Positions 55,867 to 64,000 of a DNA stretch of 64,000 bases are shown here, piece by piece. Made by a program: the position numbers and the translations under genes. Location of the stretch: positions 2,855 through 66,854 of the forward strand of contig JBMNOL010000002.1 of the NCBI GenBank assembly GCA_050943055.1, given 5' to 3'. Under the pieces are notes generated by a model. The model was not told the origin of the DNA and made no database searches. It saw only the letters and a list, made by a program, of their open reading frames with translations. Origin of the DNA: Patescibacteria group bacterium (GTDB lineage: Bacteria > Patescibacteriota > Patescibacteriia > Patescibacteriales > UBA12465). Position 1 is the first letter of the stretch. Every line of letters begins with the position of its first letter.

Positions 55867-57951
55867 ATGGCTCGTGATTATAGTTTAGATAAAATTAGAA
55901 ACATTGGCATCATGGCCCACATTGATGCCGGCAAAACCACTTTTACCGAGCGGGTTTTGTTCTATACCGGTAAAAAACATAAAATTGGTGAAACTCATGA
56001 TGGGTCTGCGGAAATGGACTGGATGGAACAAGAGAAAGAGCGAGGGATCACAATTACCTCCGCGGCCACGACTTGTTTTTGGAAAGGTAATAAAATTAAT
56101 ATTATTGATACTCCCGGGCACGTGGATTTTACCGTAGAAGTGGAGCGCTCTTTGCGCGTTTTAGATGGAGCTATCGCTCTTTTTGATGGTCAGGCCGGGG
56201 TTGAACCGCAATCGGAAACTGTTTGGCGCCAAGCTGATAAATATCATGTTCCCCGTCTTTGCTTTGTTAATAAGATGGATAAGATCGGAGCTGATTTTTA
56301 TGCCAGCTTACAATCGATCCGCGATCGTCTTAACCCTAAAGCCGTGGCTATCCAATTACCAATTGGTGCCGAGTCGGATTTAGTCGGCGTTATCGATTTA
56401 TTAGAAAAGAAAGCCTACAAATTTGAAGGCCAGAATGGTGAAATCTTAACCGAGATTCCGATTCCTGCCGATATGACTGAAAAGGTTGATCAATATTATA
56501 ATGAATTAATTGAAAGAGCGGTGGAATGTGATGAAGCCGCTATGGAAAAATATTTAGCCGGTGAACAATTTAGTTTATCGGAAATAAAAGTAGCGATTAG
56601 AAAAGGGGTAATTACCAATGAACTTTATCCGGTTTTATGCGGCACTGCTCTTCAAAATATTGGTGTTCAATTAGCTTTGGATGCCGTTAATGATTATTTA
56701 CCATCACCTTTAGAAGTACCGGAAATTGTAGCCACCGATATTGATAATCCGGAAAAGACTTATAAGATTAGTGCTGATGATAGCGAGCCATTTGCCGCTT
56801 TAGCTTTTAAAATCGCCACCGATCCTTTTGTTGGTAAATTATGTTTCGTTCGTGTCTATAGTGGTATTTTACAGGCCGGTTCTTATATTGTTAATACTAG
56901 CACTGGCAATAAAGAGAGAGTTGGTCGTATCGTCCGCATGTATGCTAACCATCGTGAAGAGATTAAGGAAATTTATGCCGGCGATATTGCCGCCGTTATT
57001 GGTTTAAAGAATACCACTACCGGAAATACTCTTTGCGCTGAATCACGTCAGATTCACTTAGAAAATATCTCTTTCCCCGAACCGGTTATTAAGATTGCCG
57101 TTGAACCGAAGACTAAGGCGGACCAAGAGAAGATGGGTGTTGCTTTGCAGCGTTTGGCGGAAGAAGACCCAACTTTCAGAGTAGAAACCGATGAAGAAAC
57201 TAATCAGGTTTTAATCTCCGGCATGGGCGAGCTTCATTTGGATATTATCGTTGATCGTATGCGCCGCGAATTTGGCGTTGAAGCTAACGTCGGCAACCCC
57301 CAAGTTTCTTATCGTGAAACAATTACTAAAGAAGCGGTAGCCGAGTATAAATATGCCAAACAGTCGGGTGGCCGCGGTCAGTATGGTCATTGTACTTTAC
57401 GGGTTGTGCCTCAGGATGATCCGGAAAAAGGCTTTGAATTTATTGACGAGGTGAAAGGCGGCGTCATTCCTAAAGAATATATTCCGGCGATTGAAAAGGG
57501 TGTTAAGGAGGCTTTAAATTCTGGCGGCGTGGCCGGTTATCCGATGGTTAATATCAAAGTGGCCGTTACTGACGGTTCTTACCATGAAGTTGACTCTTCG
57601 GAAATCGCCTTTAAAATGGCCGCTATCTTTGCCTTCCGCGAAGCTTGTGAAAAAGCTGGCCCGATTCTTTTAGAGCCGATTATGAAAGTTGAGGTAACGA
57701 CTCCGGAAGAGTATATGGGTGGGGCGATTGGCGACTTGAATGCCAAACGTGGTCAGATCGGCGAAATGATTGACAGACCAAACAATATTAAAGCGGTGAG
57801 AGCTAAAGTGCCACTGGCGGAAATGTTCGGTTATTCCACGACTCTGCGCTCCATGTCCCAAGGCCGAGCCAGTTATGTTATGGAGTTCTCCAATTACGCT
57901 GAAGTTCCTCGCAATATCTTAGAGCAGATAAAGATTAAAAATAGTCGCTAA
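55867..57951 (+). CDS. fusA: Elongation factor G
   Basis: G1 [10 protein letters not shown]3 DTPGHVDF and G4 NKMD, with a full five-domain length of 694 aa. Confidence 0.97.
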   Translation: MARDYSLDKIRNIGIMAHIDAGKTTFTERVLFYTGKKHKIGETHDGSAEMDWMEQEKERGITITSAATTCFWKGNKINIIDTPGHVDFTVEVERSLRVLDGAIALFDGQAGVEPQSETVWRQADKYHVPRLCFVNKMDKIGADFYASLQSIRDRLNPKAVAIQLPIGAESDLVGVIDLLEKKAYKFEGQNGEILTEIPIPADMTEKVDQYYNELIERAVECDEAAMEKYLAGEQFSLSEIKVAIRKGVITNELYPVLCGTALQNIGVQLALDAVNDYLPSPLEVPEIVATDIDNPEKTYKISADDSEPFAALAFKIATDPFVGKLCFVRVYSGILQAGSYIVNTSTGNKERVGRIVRMYANHREEIKEIYAGDIAAVIGLKNTTTGNTLCAESRQIHLENISFPEPVIKIAVEPKTKADQEKMGVALQRLAEEDPTFRVETDEETNQVLISGMGELHLDIIVDRMRREFGVEANVGNPQVSYRETITKEAVAEYKYAKQSGGRGQYGHCTLRVVPQDDPEKGFEFIDEVKGGVIPKEYIPAIEKGVKEALNSGGVAGYPMVNIKVAVTDGSYHEVDSSEIAFKMAAIFAFREACEKAGPILLEPIMKVEVTTPEEYMGGAIGDLNAKRGQIGEMIDRPNNIKAVRAKVPLAEMFGYSTTLRSMSQGRASYVMEFSNYAEVPRNILEQIKIKNSR

Positions 57952-57989
57952 TAGCTTTTCTTTATTGATTAAAAATTAACTTCATTTAT

Positions 57990-58322
57990 ATGTTTTCCGA
58001 ACCCTTGAAAAAGATACTAGCTTTAACGGAGCAGACAGGGGGCAGCCTCGTTGTTTATAATGAGTCTGAGCCGGAAAAAGCCCAGGTGATTCTTAGCTTG
58101 AAAAAATACGAAGAATTGGTAAACGGGTCAAAACTCAAAAAAGAGCTAAACCCCGACCAAAAAAACGATTTGACAAGTGAAGAACTAACTGATAGAATAA
58201 ATGGCGATATTTCCACTTGGAAAAATCAAGAAAAGGCTCAGTTTTTAGCCGAAGAAAGTAAAAATCATAACCCTTGGGCCATCCCGCCACAGGTCAAGAA
58301 AGGTGCCGAGGAAGTAAAGTAA
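57990..58322 (+). CDS. Hypothetical protein; N-terminal Phd/YefM-antitoxin-like segment
   Basis: 110 aa. GGSLVVYNESEPEKAQVILSLKKYEEL resembles the strand-turn-strand SxxEYExL core of Phd/YefM, and the rest is charged and low-complexity. It lies between fusA and tuf. Confidence 0.55.
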   Translation: MFSEPLKKILALTEQTGGSLVVYNESEPEKAQVILSLKKYEELVNGSKLKKELNPDQKNDLTSEELTDRINGDISTWKNQEKAQFLAEESKNHNPWAIPPQVKKGAEEVK

Positions 58323-58342
58323 AGGCGGGAATTATTAGCTTG

Positions 58343-58382
58343 TTATAAATTATTTATAAATTATTAATTAATTAATTAATTA
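58343..58382. repeat. 40-nt pure A/T tract with tandem repeats
   Basis: TTATAAATTA occurs twice with 11-nt periodicity (58343-58352 and 58354-58363). It is followed by (TTAA)x4 plus TTA (58364-58382). Confidence 0.9.
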
Positions 58383-58435
58383 CGGCTGGTCTCTTAAGAG
58401 AAAAACCCCATTTGGGGGTCGTAAATCAAAGAAGT

Positions 58436-59623
58436 ATGGCAGAAAAATTTGATCGTTCCAAGCCACACGTCAACATTGGTACTATTGGCCACGTTGATCA
58501 TGGCAAGACTACTTTAACCGCAGCAATGTTGGCGGTGTTTGGAGCGCACGGCTTAAGTGCCTCCAAGAAAGATGTCAAAGAAATTGATTCGGCGCCCGAA
58601 GAAAAAGAGCGCGGTATCACTATTTCCACTACTCACGTTGAGTATGAATCAGCTACTCGTCACTATGCGCACGTTGACTGTCCTGGTCACGCCGATTATG
58701 TAAAAAACATGATTACCGGTGCGGCACAAATGGATGGTGCTATTTTAGTAGTGTCCGCCACTGATGGCCCTATGCCTCAGACCCGCGAGCACATCTTATT
58801 GGCTCGTCAGGTTGGCGTTCCTTATATCATTGTTTTCTTAAACAAATGCGACATGGTGGAAGATAAGGAATTAATTGATTTGGTTGAAGAGGAAGTTCGC
58901 GACTTATTAAATAAGTATGAATTCCCTGGTGCAGAAACTCCAATCATCCGTGGTTCCGCTTTAAAAGCTTTAGAGAACCCAACCGGTCCGGATTCTGAAC
59001 CAATCATGAAGCTCATGGAAGCTATTGATTCCTACATCCCAACACCAACTCGTGATGTTGAGCACCCTTTCTTAATGCCGATTGAAGATATCTTTTCAAT
59101 TGAAGGTCGCGGTACTGTTGTTACCGGTCGTATTGAGCGCGGCGTTGTTAAGGTTGGTGATGAAGTAGAAATTGTCGGCTTAATGGATACTAAGAAAACC
59201 ACCGTTACCGGAATTGAAATGTTTAACAAGTCTTTGGACCAAGGACAAGCTGGTGATAATGCCGGTTTATTGCTCCGTGGTACTAAAAAAGATGAAGTTG
59301 AACGTGGTCAGGTTTTATGTAAACCTGGTTCTATCACTCCTCATTCTGAATTTGAAGCTCAAGTCTTCGTCTTATCCAAAGAAGAAGGCGGACGCCACAA
59401 ACCATTCTTTAACGGCTACAAGCCTCAATTCTACATCCGCACTACCGATGTTACCGGTGAAGTAGAATTACCGGCTGGTACCGATATGGTTATGCCTGGT
59501 GATACCGTTTCTTTCAAGGTAAAATTGATCTCTCCGGTTGCTCTTGAAGAGAAGCAAAAGTTCGCTATCCGCGAAGGTGGCCGCACTGTTGGCGCCGGCG
59601 TGGTAACCAAGATTATTAAGTAA
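58436..59623 (+). CDS. tuf: Elongation factor Tu
   Basis: [18 protein letters not shown] and NKCD. The start was taken at the ATG at 58436 ([11 protein letters not shown]...). Confidence 0.97.
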   Translation: MAEKFDRSKPHVNIGTIGHVDHGKTTLTAAMLAVFGAHGLSASKKDVKEIDSAPEEKERGITISTTHVEYESATRHYAHVDCPGHADYVKNMITGAAQMDGAILVVSATDGPMPQTREHILLARQVGVPYIIVFLNKCDMVEDKELIDLVEEEVRDLLNKYEFPGAETPIIRGSALKALENPTGPDSEPIMKLMEAIDSYIPTPTRDVEHPFLMPIEDIFSIEGRGTVVTGRIERGVVKVGDEVEIVGLMDTKKTTVTGIEMFNKSLDQGQAGDNAGLLLRGTKKDEVERGQVLCKPGSITPHSEFEAQVFVLSKEEGGRHKPFFNGYKPQFYIRTTDVTGEVELPAGTDMVMPGDTVSFKVKLISPVALEEKQKFAIREGGRTVGAGVVTKIIK

Positions 59624-59631
59624 TCACTGAG

Positions 59632-59655
59632 ACCCGCTCTATTTATAGGGCGGGT
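59632..59655 (+). terminator. Possible terminator after tuf
   Basis: ACCCGC (59632-59637) pairs with GCGGGT (59650-59655), with additional inner pairs. The downstream U-tract is weak. Confidence 0.4.
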
Positions 59656-59733
59656 TGACTGTGTTTATTTAAAAACCATCTTCTGTTTTAGTCTTCAAAG
59701 AATTTACTTTTGACTAAAGGGGAAGTCCCAATT

Positions 59734-60069
59734 ATGTCTGATAACAAAAAAAAGGAAGAATTCAAGCAAAGAATTCGTATCAAAATTAAAGCATTTGATC
59801 ACAAAATCGTTGATCAATCCACAAAGACAATCGTTAACACGATTGAGCGAAGTGATGCTAATTTTTTTGGTCCGATCCCTTTGCCAACTGAAAAAAGGAA
59901 GTACACCGTTAACCGCGCCACCTTTGTTCACAAAGATGCCCGGGATCAATATGAAATGCGTATCCACAAACGTATTATTGATATTGTTGAACCCAGCGCC
60001 AAGACGATTGAAGATCTCACCAGCCTGAATCTGCCGGCCGGTGTTGACGTGGAAATTAAAATGCAGTAA
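59734..60069 (+). CDS. rpsJ: 30S ribosomal protein S10
   Basis: IRIKIKAFDHKIVDQS...GPIPLPT...TV.R..FV.K.ARDQYEMR.HKR.IDI. The start was taken at the ATG at 59734. Confidence 0.95.
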   Translation: MSDNKKKEEFKQRIRIKIKAFDHKIVDQSTKTIVNTIERSDANFFGPIPLPTEKRKYTVNRATFVHKDARDQYEMRIHKRIIDIVEPSAKTIEDLTSLNLPAGVDVEIKMQ

Positions 60070-60231
60070 AATACAGCAGTAATTTTATACAAAAAAATCG
60101 GACTAAAAATCGGTTTGGATAACTCTCATTTTGAGAAAGCACCCGAGCAGAATTTAGTCTAATCTTAGGAGGTAATCAGTCAAATTAAGAAAATTTCAAC
60201 AAAGATCCTTTTGGTGGATGAAATTTTTTTG

Positions 60232-60256
60232 ACTGGTTTTCACACCAGTTTTTTTG
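60232..60256 (+). terminator. Intrinsic-terminator-like hairpin 12 nt upstream of rplC
   Basis: ACTGGT (60232-60237), loop TTTCAC, ACCAGT (60244-60249), then TTTTTTGTTT. Confidence 0.55.
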
Positions 60257-60267
60257 TTTAAAGAAAT

Positions 60268-61071
60268 ATGAAATTTATCCTCGGAACCAAAAAACAAATG
60301 ACTCAGTTATGGGTCAACGACAAGGTCGTAGCCGTTACCCCGGTGTTGGCTGGACCTTGCACCGTTACACAAATCAAAACCGAAAGCACTGACGCTTACG
60401 AAGCGGTTCAGGTTTCTTTTGGTAAACGCCGGGAAAAGAATATTAACAAGCCGCAACGCGGCCACTTCAAAAAAGCTGATGTTTTGCCGAAGGTCGCTCG
60501 TGAATTTAGAACTTCCGGAGCGAATTTAAAAATTGGTGATATTATTACTGTTGGCACTTTTGCAGCTGGTGATGTTATTGATGTTAGCGGCATCTCCAAA
60601 GGTAAAGGCTTCCAAGGTGTGGTCAAGCGCCATAGTTTTGCCGGTGGCCGAAAATCACACGGTAACAAAGATCAATTACGTATGCCTGGTTCGGTTGGTT
60701 CAAAAGGACCAGCGCGTATTTTTAAAGGCGTTCGCATGGCTGGCCGAATGGGCAACGAAGCGGTCACGGTTAAAAATCTCGCCGTTGTTGCTATTGATGA
60801 AGAGCAGAATTTAATTTATGTTAAAGGCGCGATTCCCGGAGCAATCAATTCTTTGGTAGCAATTAAAGGTGCTGGCGACTTAAAAGTTAATTTAGTTAAA
60901 GAGGAAGAAGTAAAAGAAGAAGTAAAAGAAGAAGTAAAAGAAGAGACCCCAGCAGAAGAAGCTCCTAAAGAGGAGGCTCCAGTAGAGGAGGCTAAAGAAG
61001 AAGCTGCAGTTAGTGAAGAGAAGACTGAAGAAAAAGTTGAGGCCGCTGAGGCTCCAGCTGACGCTAAATAA
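60268..61071 (+). CDS. rplC: 50S ribosomal protein L3 with about 55-aa C-terminal E/K/A/P-rich extension
   Basis: The L3 core is present (GTKKQMTQLW..., GKGFQGVVKRH.F.GG..SHG). The tail is KEEEVKEEVKEEVKEE TPAEEAPKEEAPVEEAKEE... Confidence 0.95.
   Translation: MKFILGTKKQMTQLWVNDKVVAVTPVLAGPCTVTQIKTESTDAYEAVQVSFGKRREKNINKPQRGHFKKADVLPKVAREFRTSGANLKIGDIITVGTFAAGDVIDVSGISKGKGFQGVVKRHSFAGGRKSHGNKDQLRMPGSVGSKGPARIFKGVRMAGRMGNEAVTVKNLAVVAIDEEQNLIYVKGAIPGAINSLVAIKGAGDLKVNLVKEEEVKEEVKEEVKEETPAEEAPKEEAPVEEAKEEAAVSEEKTEEKVEAAEAPADAK
60904..60939 (+). repeat. Perfect 3 x 12-bp tandem repeat inside the rplC tail
   Basis: GAAGAAGTAAAA is repeated three times and encodes (EEVK)3. Confidence 0.9.
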
Positions 61072-61094
61072 GGATAAGGATATTTTCTAAAAGT

Positions 61095-61739
61095 ATGAAC
61101 ATAAAAGTTTATAGTCAAAAAGCGGAACCCTTACACGATCTGGATTTATCCGAGAAAGTTTTTGGTTTAACCGTTAATCAAGATTTGATTCATCAAGCGC
61201 TCCTGGCGCAACAGGGGAATGAGCGCCAGAATTTGGCTGATACTAAAGATCGCAGCGAGGTTTCCGGTGGCGGTAAAAAGCCTTGGAAACAAAAAGGTAC
61301 TGGTCGCGCTCGTGTCGGTTCATCTCGTTCACCGATTTGGATTGGCGGTGGCGTTACTTTTGGTCCGACTTCTGATCGTAATTTTTCCAAAAAAATAAAT
61401 AAAAAGATGCGGCAAAAGGCTTTGGCCATGGTGCTTTCCGATAAAGTAGCCAACAATGCTTTAGTGGTTTTAGATAATCTTGAAGTCGCCGAATTTAAAA
61501 CCAAAAATTTTGAGGCTATTTTGAAAGCGATTGAAACTAAAATCCTTAAAGATGAGCGCCGTGATGTTTTAGTGATGAGCGAAAGTAAAAATGAAAAGTT
61601 AAAATACTCGGCGCGTAATTTACCCGGTGTGACGATGATTAATTTAGAAAATATTAATATTGTGGATCTCTTAAAATCTCGCTATTTATTAACTACCGAA
61701 GCAGCGATTAAAAATTTAGAGACTCAATATAGCAAATAG
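61095..61739 (+). CDS. rplD: 50S ribosomal protein L4
   Basis: SGGGKKPWKQKGTGRAR.GS.RSP.W.GGG..FGP motif. Confidence 0.95.
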   Translation: MNIKVYSQKAEPLHDLDLSEKVFGLTVNQDLIHQALLAQQGNERQNLADTKDRSEVSGGGKKPWKQKGTGRARVGSSRSPIWIGGGVTFGPTSDRNFSKKINKKMRQKALAMVLSDKVANNALVVLDNLEVAEFKTKNFEAILKAIETKILKDERRDVLVMSESKNEKLKYSARNLPGVTMINLENINIVDLLKSRYLLTTEAAIKNLETQYSK

Positions 61740-61743
61740 ATAT

Positions 61744-62253
61744 ATGGGAATTTTAGGAAAGAAAAAAGATAAAGACGAAGTTAAGGAGAAAGCAGTTACT
61801 CCGGCTAAAAAGGTAGTCAAGGAAAAAGCCGCACCGAAGGCTAAGGCGACTAAAAAAGACGCGCCTGAGACTGCTGCCCAAGCTCCGACTATGGCTGATT
61901 TATACGCTGATAATGAGGACTTTAAGAAAAGTAAAAGTGCTTCCGGGGCCAAAGCTAAAACCGCTTTTGCTGAAGCTTATAAAGTTTTAGCTCATCCTTT
62001 GATTACTGAGAAAGCCGCTACCGCCAGCTCTTTGAATAAATATGTTTTTGTGGTTAGTGGAAAGGCTAATAAATTAAGTGTCGCTCAGGCTATTTACGCC
62101 GTTTATGGCGTGAAGCCAGTTAAGGTTAACATTGTTTGCCAAGACGGAAAGGCCGTTACCCGTGGTCGAATTAAGGGACGCCGCCGTGATTTGAAAAAAG
62201 CCATTGTAACTTTAAAGAAGGGTGATTCTATCCAAGTTTACGAAGGTGTCTAA
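61744..62253 (+). CDS. rplW: 50S ribosomal protein L23 with about 70-aa N-terminal K/A/P-rich extension
   Basis: The L23 core starts near YKVLAHPLITEKA and runs to KKAIVTLKKGDSI. The N-terminus is KKDKDEVKEKAVTPAKKVVKEKAAPKAKATKK. Confidence 0.92.
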   Translation: MGILGKKKDKDEVKEKAVTPAKKVVKEKAAPKAKATKKDAPETAAQAPTMADLYADNEDFKKSKSASGAKAKTAFAEAYKVLAHPLITEKAATASSLNKYVFVVSGKANKLSVAQAIYAVYGVKPVKVNIVCQDGKAVTRGRIKGRRRDLKKAIVTLKKGDSIQVYEGV

Positions 62254-62278
62254 TTCTTAGATATTTTGTTTAGATTAT

Positions 62279-63115
62279 ATGGGTATTAAAAAAGTAAAAC
62301 CAACAACTCCCGGACGACGTCAAGCCTCTTTTGATGATTTTAAAGATATCACCAAGAAGACTCCGGAAAAAGCTTTGATTGTTATTAAAAAACGCCAAGG
62401 TGGTCGTAATAATAAAGGTAAAATTACTGTGCGTCATCGCGGCGGCGGTGCTAAACGTTATATTCGTTTAGTTGATTTTAAGCGTGATAAGTTTGATATT
62501 CCTGCCAAAGTTGCCGCGATTGAATATGATCCGGGTCGTGGGGCCAGATTAGCGCTCTTAAATTATGCTGATGGTGAAAAGCGCTATATTATTGCTCCTT
62601 TAGATCTTCAGGTGGGTGATACCGTTTTAAGTTCACAAAAATTAATTGAGATAAAAACCGGCAACGCCATGCCTTTAGAGTACATTCCGGCCGGAATGGC
62701 AATTCATAACTTGGAGTTAATTGCTGGTTTGGGCGCCAAGGTTGTTCGGGGCGCGGGCAATGCCGCTTTCGTAATGGGTGTAGAAGGAAAGTATGCCCAA
62801 GTAAAATTGCCTTCCGGAGAAATTCGCTTAATCAAGAAAAATTGTTTGTGTACGGTTGGCCGGGTAAGCAATCCCGATAAACGTCATTTGGTTTTAGGTA
62901 AAGCGGGTCGTTCTCGTTACTTAGGCATTCGTCCGACCGTTCGCGGTTCGGCGATGAACCCTAACGATCACCCTCATGGTGGTGGTGAAGGTAATCAATC
63001 GATTGGTCTAAAAAATCCGAAAACTAAATGGGGTAAACCGGCCTTGGGAGTTAAGACCCGTCGCCGCCAATCCAGCGATCGCCTGATTGTCAAGCGACGC
63101 GCTAAACGGAAATAA
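62279..63115 (+). CDS. rplB: 50S ribosomal protein L2
   Basis: Canonical L2 motifs TPGRR, GGG.KR.YR..DF.R and [12 protein letters not shown]. Confidence 0.97.
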   Translation: MGIKKVKPTTPGRRQASFDDFKDITKKTPEKALIVIKKRQGGRNNKGKITVRHRGGGAKRYIRLVDFKRDKFDIPAKVAAIEYDPGRGARLALLNYADGEKRYIIAPLDLQVGDTVLSSQKLIEIKTGNAMPLEYIPAGMAIHNLELIAGLGAKVVRGAGNAAFVMGVEGKYAQVKLPSGEIRLIKKNCLCTVGRVSNPDKRHLVLGKAGRSRYLGIRPTVRGSAMNPNDHPHGGGEGNQSIGLKNPKTKWGKPALGVKTRRRQSSDRLIVKRRAKRK

Positions 63116-63127
63116 TCATTGAATAAT

Positions 63128-63415
63128 ATGTCTAGAAGTTTAAAAAAAGGTCCTTACGTTAATCCGCGAATTTTGAAAAAAGTTCAAGCTTTACGTCCTG
63201 GCGATAAAACAGTGATTAAGGTTTGGGATCGCGCTTGTGTCATTACTCCAGAAATGGTTGGCCTGACAATTGGTGTCCATAATGGCAAGACCCATTTTCC
63301 GGTTTATATCGTGGAAAATATGGTCGGCCACGCTTTAGGAGAATTTGCGCCTACGCGTAAGTTTATTTCCCATGGTGGTAAGGCGGCTAAAGCACAAGCA
63401 GCGGTTAAGAAATAA
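63128..63415 (+). CDS. rpsS: 30S ribosomal protein S19
   Basis: [11 protein letters not shown]...VHNGK....V.I.E.MVGH.LGEF.PTR. The start was taken at the ATG at 63128. Confidence 0.95.
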   Translation: MSRSLKKGPYVNPRILKKVQALRPGDKTVIKVWDRACVITPEMVGLTIGVHNGKTHFPVYIVENMVGHALGEFAPTRKFISHGGKAAKAQAAVKK

Positions 63416-63435
63416 TCCTTGATAAGTTTAAAAAT

Positions 63436-63969
63436 ATGGAAGTGAAAGCTAATTTAAATAATTTACGAATGTCCCCGCGCAAGGTCCGCTTACTAGCTGA
63501 TTTAGTTCGTGGTCTGCCGGTTGATAAAGCTTTGGCGCAATTAAAGTTTGCTAACAAGCGCGCCGCTGAACCTTTAGCTAAATTAATTGAGTCGGCGGTA
63601 GCTAATGGTGAAAACACCTATGATTTAAAAAGAGATAATCTTTTTATTAAAGAGGTGCGTGCCGATGAAGGTTTTGCCTTAAAGCGCTGGATGCCTAAAG
63701 CTCATGGTCGCGCCACCGTAATTAGAAAGCGCTCGACCAAATTATCTTTAGTTTTGGGAGAATTAGTTGATTCCGGAAAAAAGACTAAAAAGACCGTTGC
63801 GGCCGAAGCGCCAGTCAAATTAGCCGATTTGGCTAAGGAGGCCGAGAAGTCTACCAAGAAAGAAGAGACGAAAAAGGCCGTTACTAAAGGCGATAAAAAA
63901 GTTGAGAAAATTGCGGGTTCTGAGAAGGGTTTTGCTAAAACTACTTTTCGCCGCAAAGTCGGTAAATAG
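63436..63969 (+). CDS. rplV: 50S ribosomal protein L22 with about 65-aa C-terminal K/E/A-rich extension
   Basis: The L22 core is present (RMSPRKVRLLADLVRG..V..AL..L.F..K.AA). The tail is KKTKKTVAAEAP...KKEETKKAVTKGDKK. Confidence 0.93.
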   Translation: MEVKANLNNLRMSPRKVRLLADLVRGLPVDKALAQLKFANKRAAEPLAKLIESAVANGENTYDLKRDNLFIKEVRADEGFALKRWMPKAHGRATVIRKRSTKLSLVLGELVDSGKKTKKTVAAEAPVKLADLAKEAEKSTKKEETKKAVTKGDKKVEKIAGSEKGFAKTTFRRKVGK

Positions 63970-63993
63970 TTTTTAAAGTAATAAAGTCATCTT

Positions 63994-64000
63994 ATGGGCA
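63994..64000 (+). CDS. rpsC: Probable start of 30S ribosomal protein S3 (truncated by window end)
   Basis: ATGGGCA (M-G-...) lies 24 nt after rplV, where rpsC normally follows. Only 7 nt are visible. Confidence 0.4.

Noticed and set aside
60167-60261. A small ORF driven by the perfect AGGAGG in the rpsJ-rplC spacer.
   Set aside because: No ATG, GTG or TTG lies 5-10 nt downstream. The only frame open to the TAA at 60259-60261 would have to start at ATC, 2 nt after the SD-like sequence.
1-64000. An alternative genetic code with UGA recoded, as in some candidate phyla.
   Set aside because: RF2 is present. All long conserved ORFs are intact without in-frame TGA, and TGA functions as the stop at four ATGA gene overlaps.
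1-64000. CRISPR arrays, tRNA, rRNA, tmRNA, RNase P or SRP RNA genes, transposases, integrases, prophage genes or known defence systems.
   Set aside because: Intergenic space is small, with the largest gaps about 200 nt. I saw no repeat-spacer periodicity, cloverleaf-capable segment or conserved ncRNA core motif, and no ORF with recombinase, nuclease or defence-type motifs. A proper tRNAscan or Infernal run would be needed to exclude these formally.

Overview
This is a gene-dense window of about 70 genes, roughly 90% coding, and all but eight of them are on the + strand. It has low to moderate GC and reads as core chromosome of a small-genome bacterium. The divergent housekeeping proteins, sparse Shine-Dalgarno usage, tail-extended ribosomal proteins, a ComEC without a nuclease domain and an isolated PilB-like gene suggest an uncultivated Patescibacteria/CPR-type organism. 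That assignment is inference only, because there is no rRNA in the window to confirm it.

Gene content, in order:
- Class II ribonucleotide reductase, then an AT-rich orphan gene.
- A convergent flippase / polyprenyl-phosphate sugar transferase pair.
- holB, a BNR lipoprotein, frr, rseP, hpf and secA.
- A small AT-rich islet with short ORFs.
- ileS (type 2), then lemA, an SPFH protein, htpX, a U32 peptidase and ruvA.
- mreBCD.
- A sugar-nucleotide and envelope block: PfkB kinase, RmlC-like protein, HIT protein, rfbB, an orphan receiver, a second mreB, a GT4, a secreted S8 protease with FG-GAP repeats, and a UXS-like decarboxylase.
- A minus-strand operon: GspE/PilB-like ATPase, GT2, DUF2304-like protein, GT4, GT4.
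- A reduced dcw cluster (mraY, ftsW, murG, murC, murB) interleaved with hisS and alaS.
- A roughly 17-kb translation supercluster: infA-rpmJ-rpsM-rpsK-rpsD-rpoA-rplQ, rplM-rpsI, prfB, comEC, rpmB, an M50 protease, rpsL-rpsG-fusA-orphan-tuf, and rpsJ-rplC-rplD-rplW-rplB-rpsS-rplV with the start of rpsC.

I found no rRNA, tRNA, CRISPR array, transposase, integrase or recognisable defence system, and no clear-cut novel multi-gene system.

The observations most worth a second look are:
- A motif-divergent, shortened GspE/PilB-like ATPase translationally coupled to glycosyltransferases.
- An RpoA that lacks the alpha C-terminal domain.
- Lys/Glu/Ala-rich tails on many ribosomal proteins.
- Promoter-plus-terminator leader elements before infA and rpsL, and a structured spacer with a terminator between rpsJ and rplC.
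- A small Phd/YefM-like orphan gene inserted between fusA and tuf.
- A shared intercistronic motif in place of Shine-Dalgarno sites.
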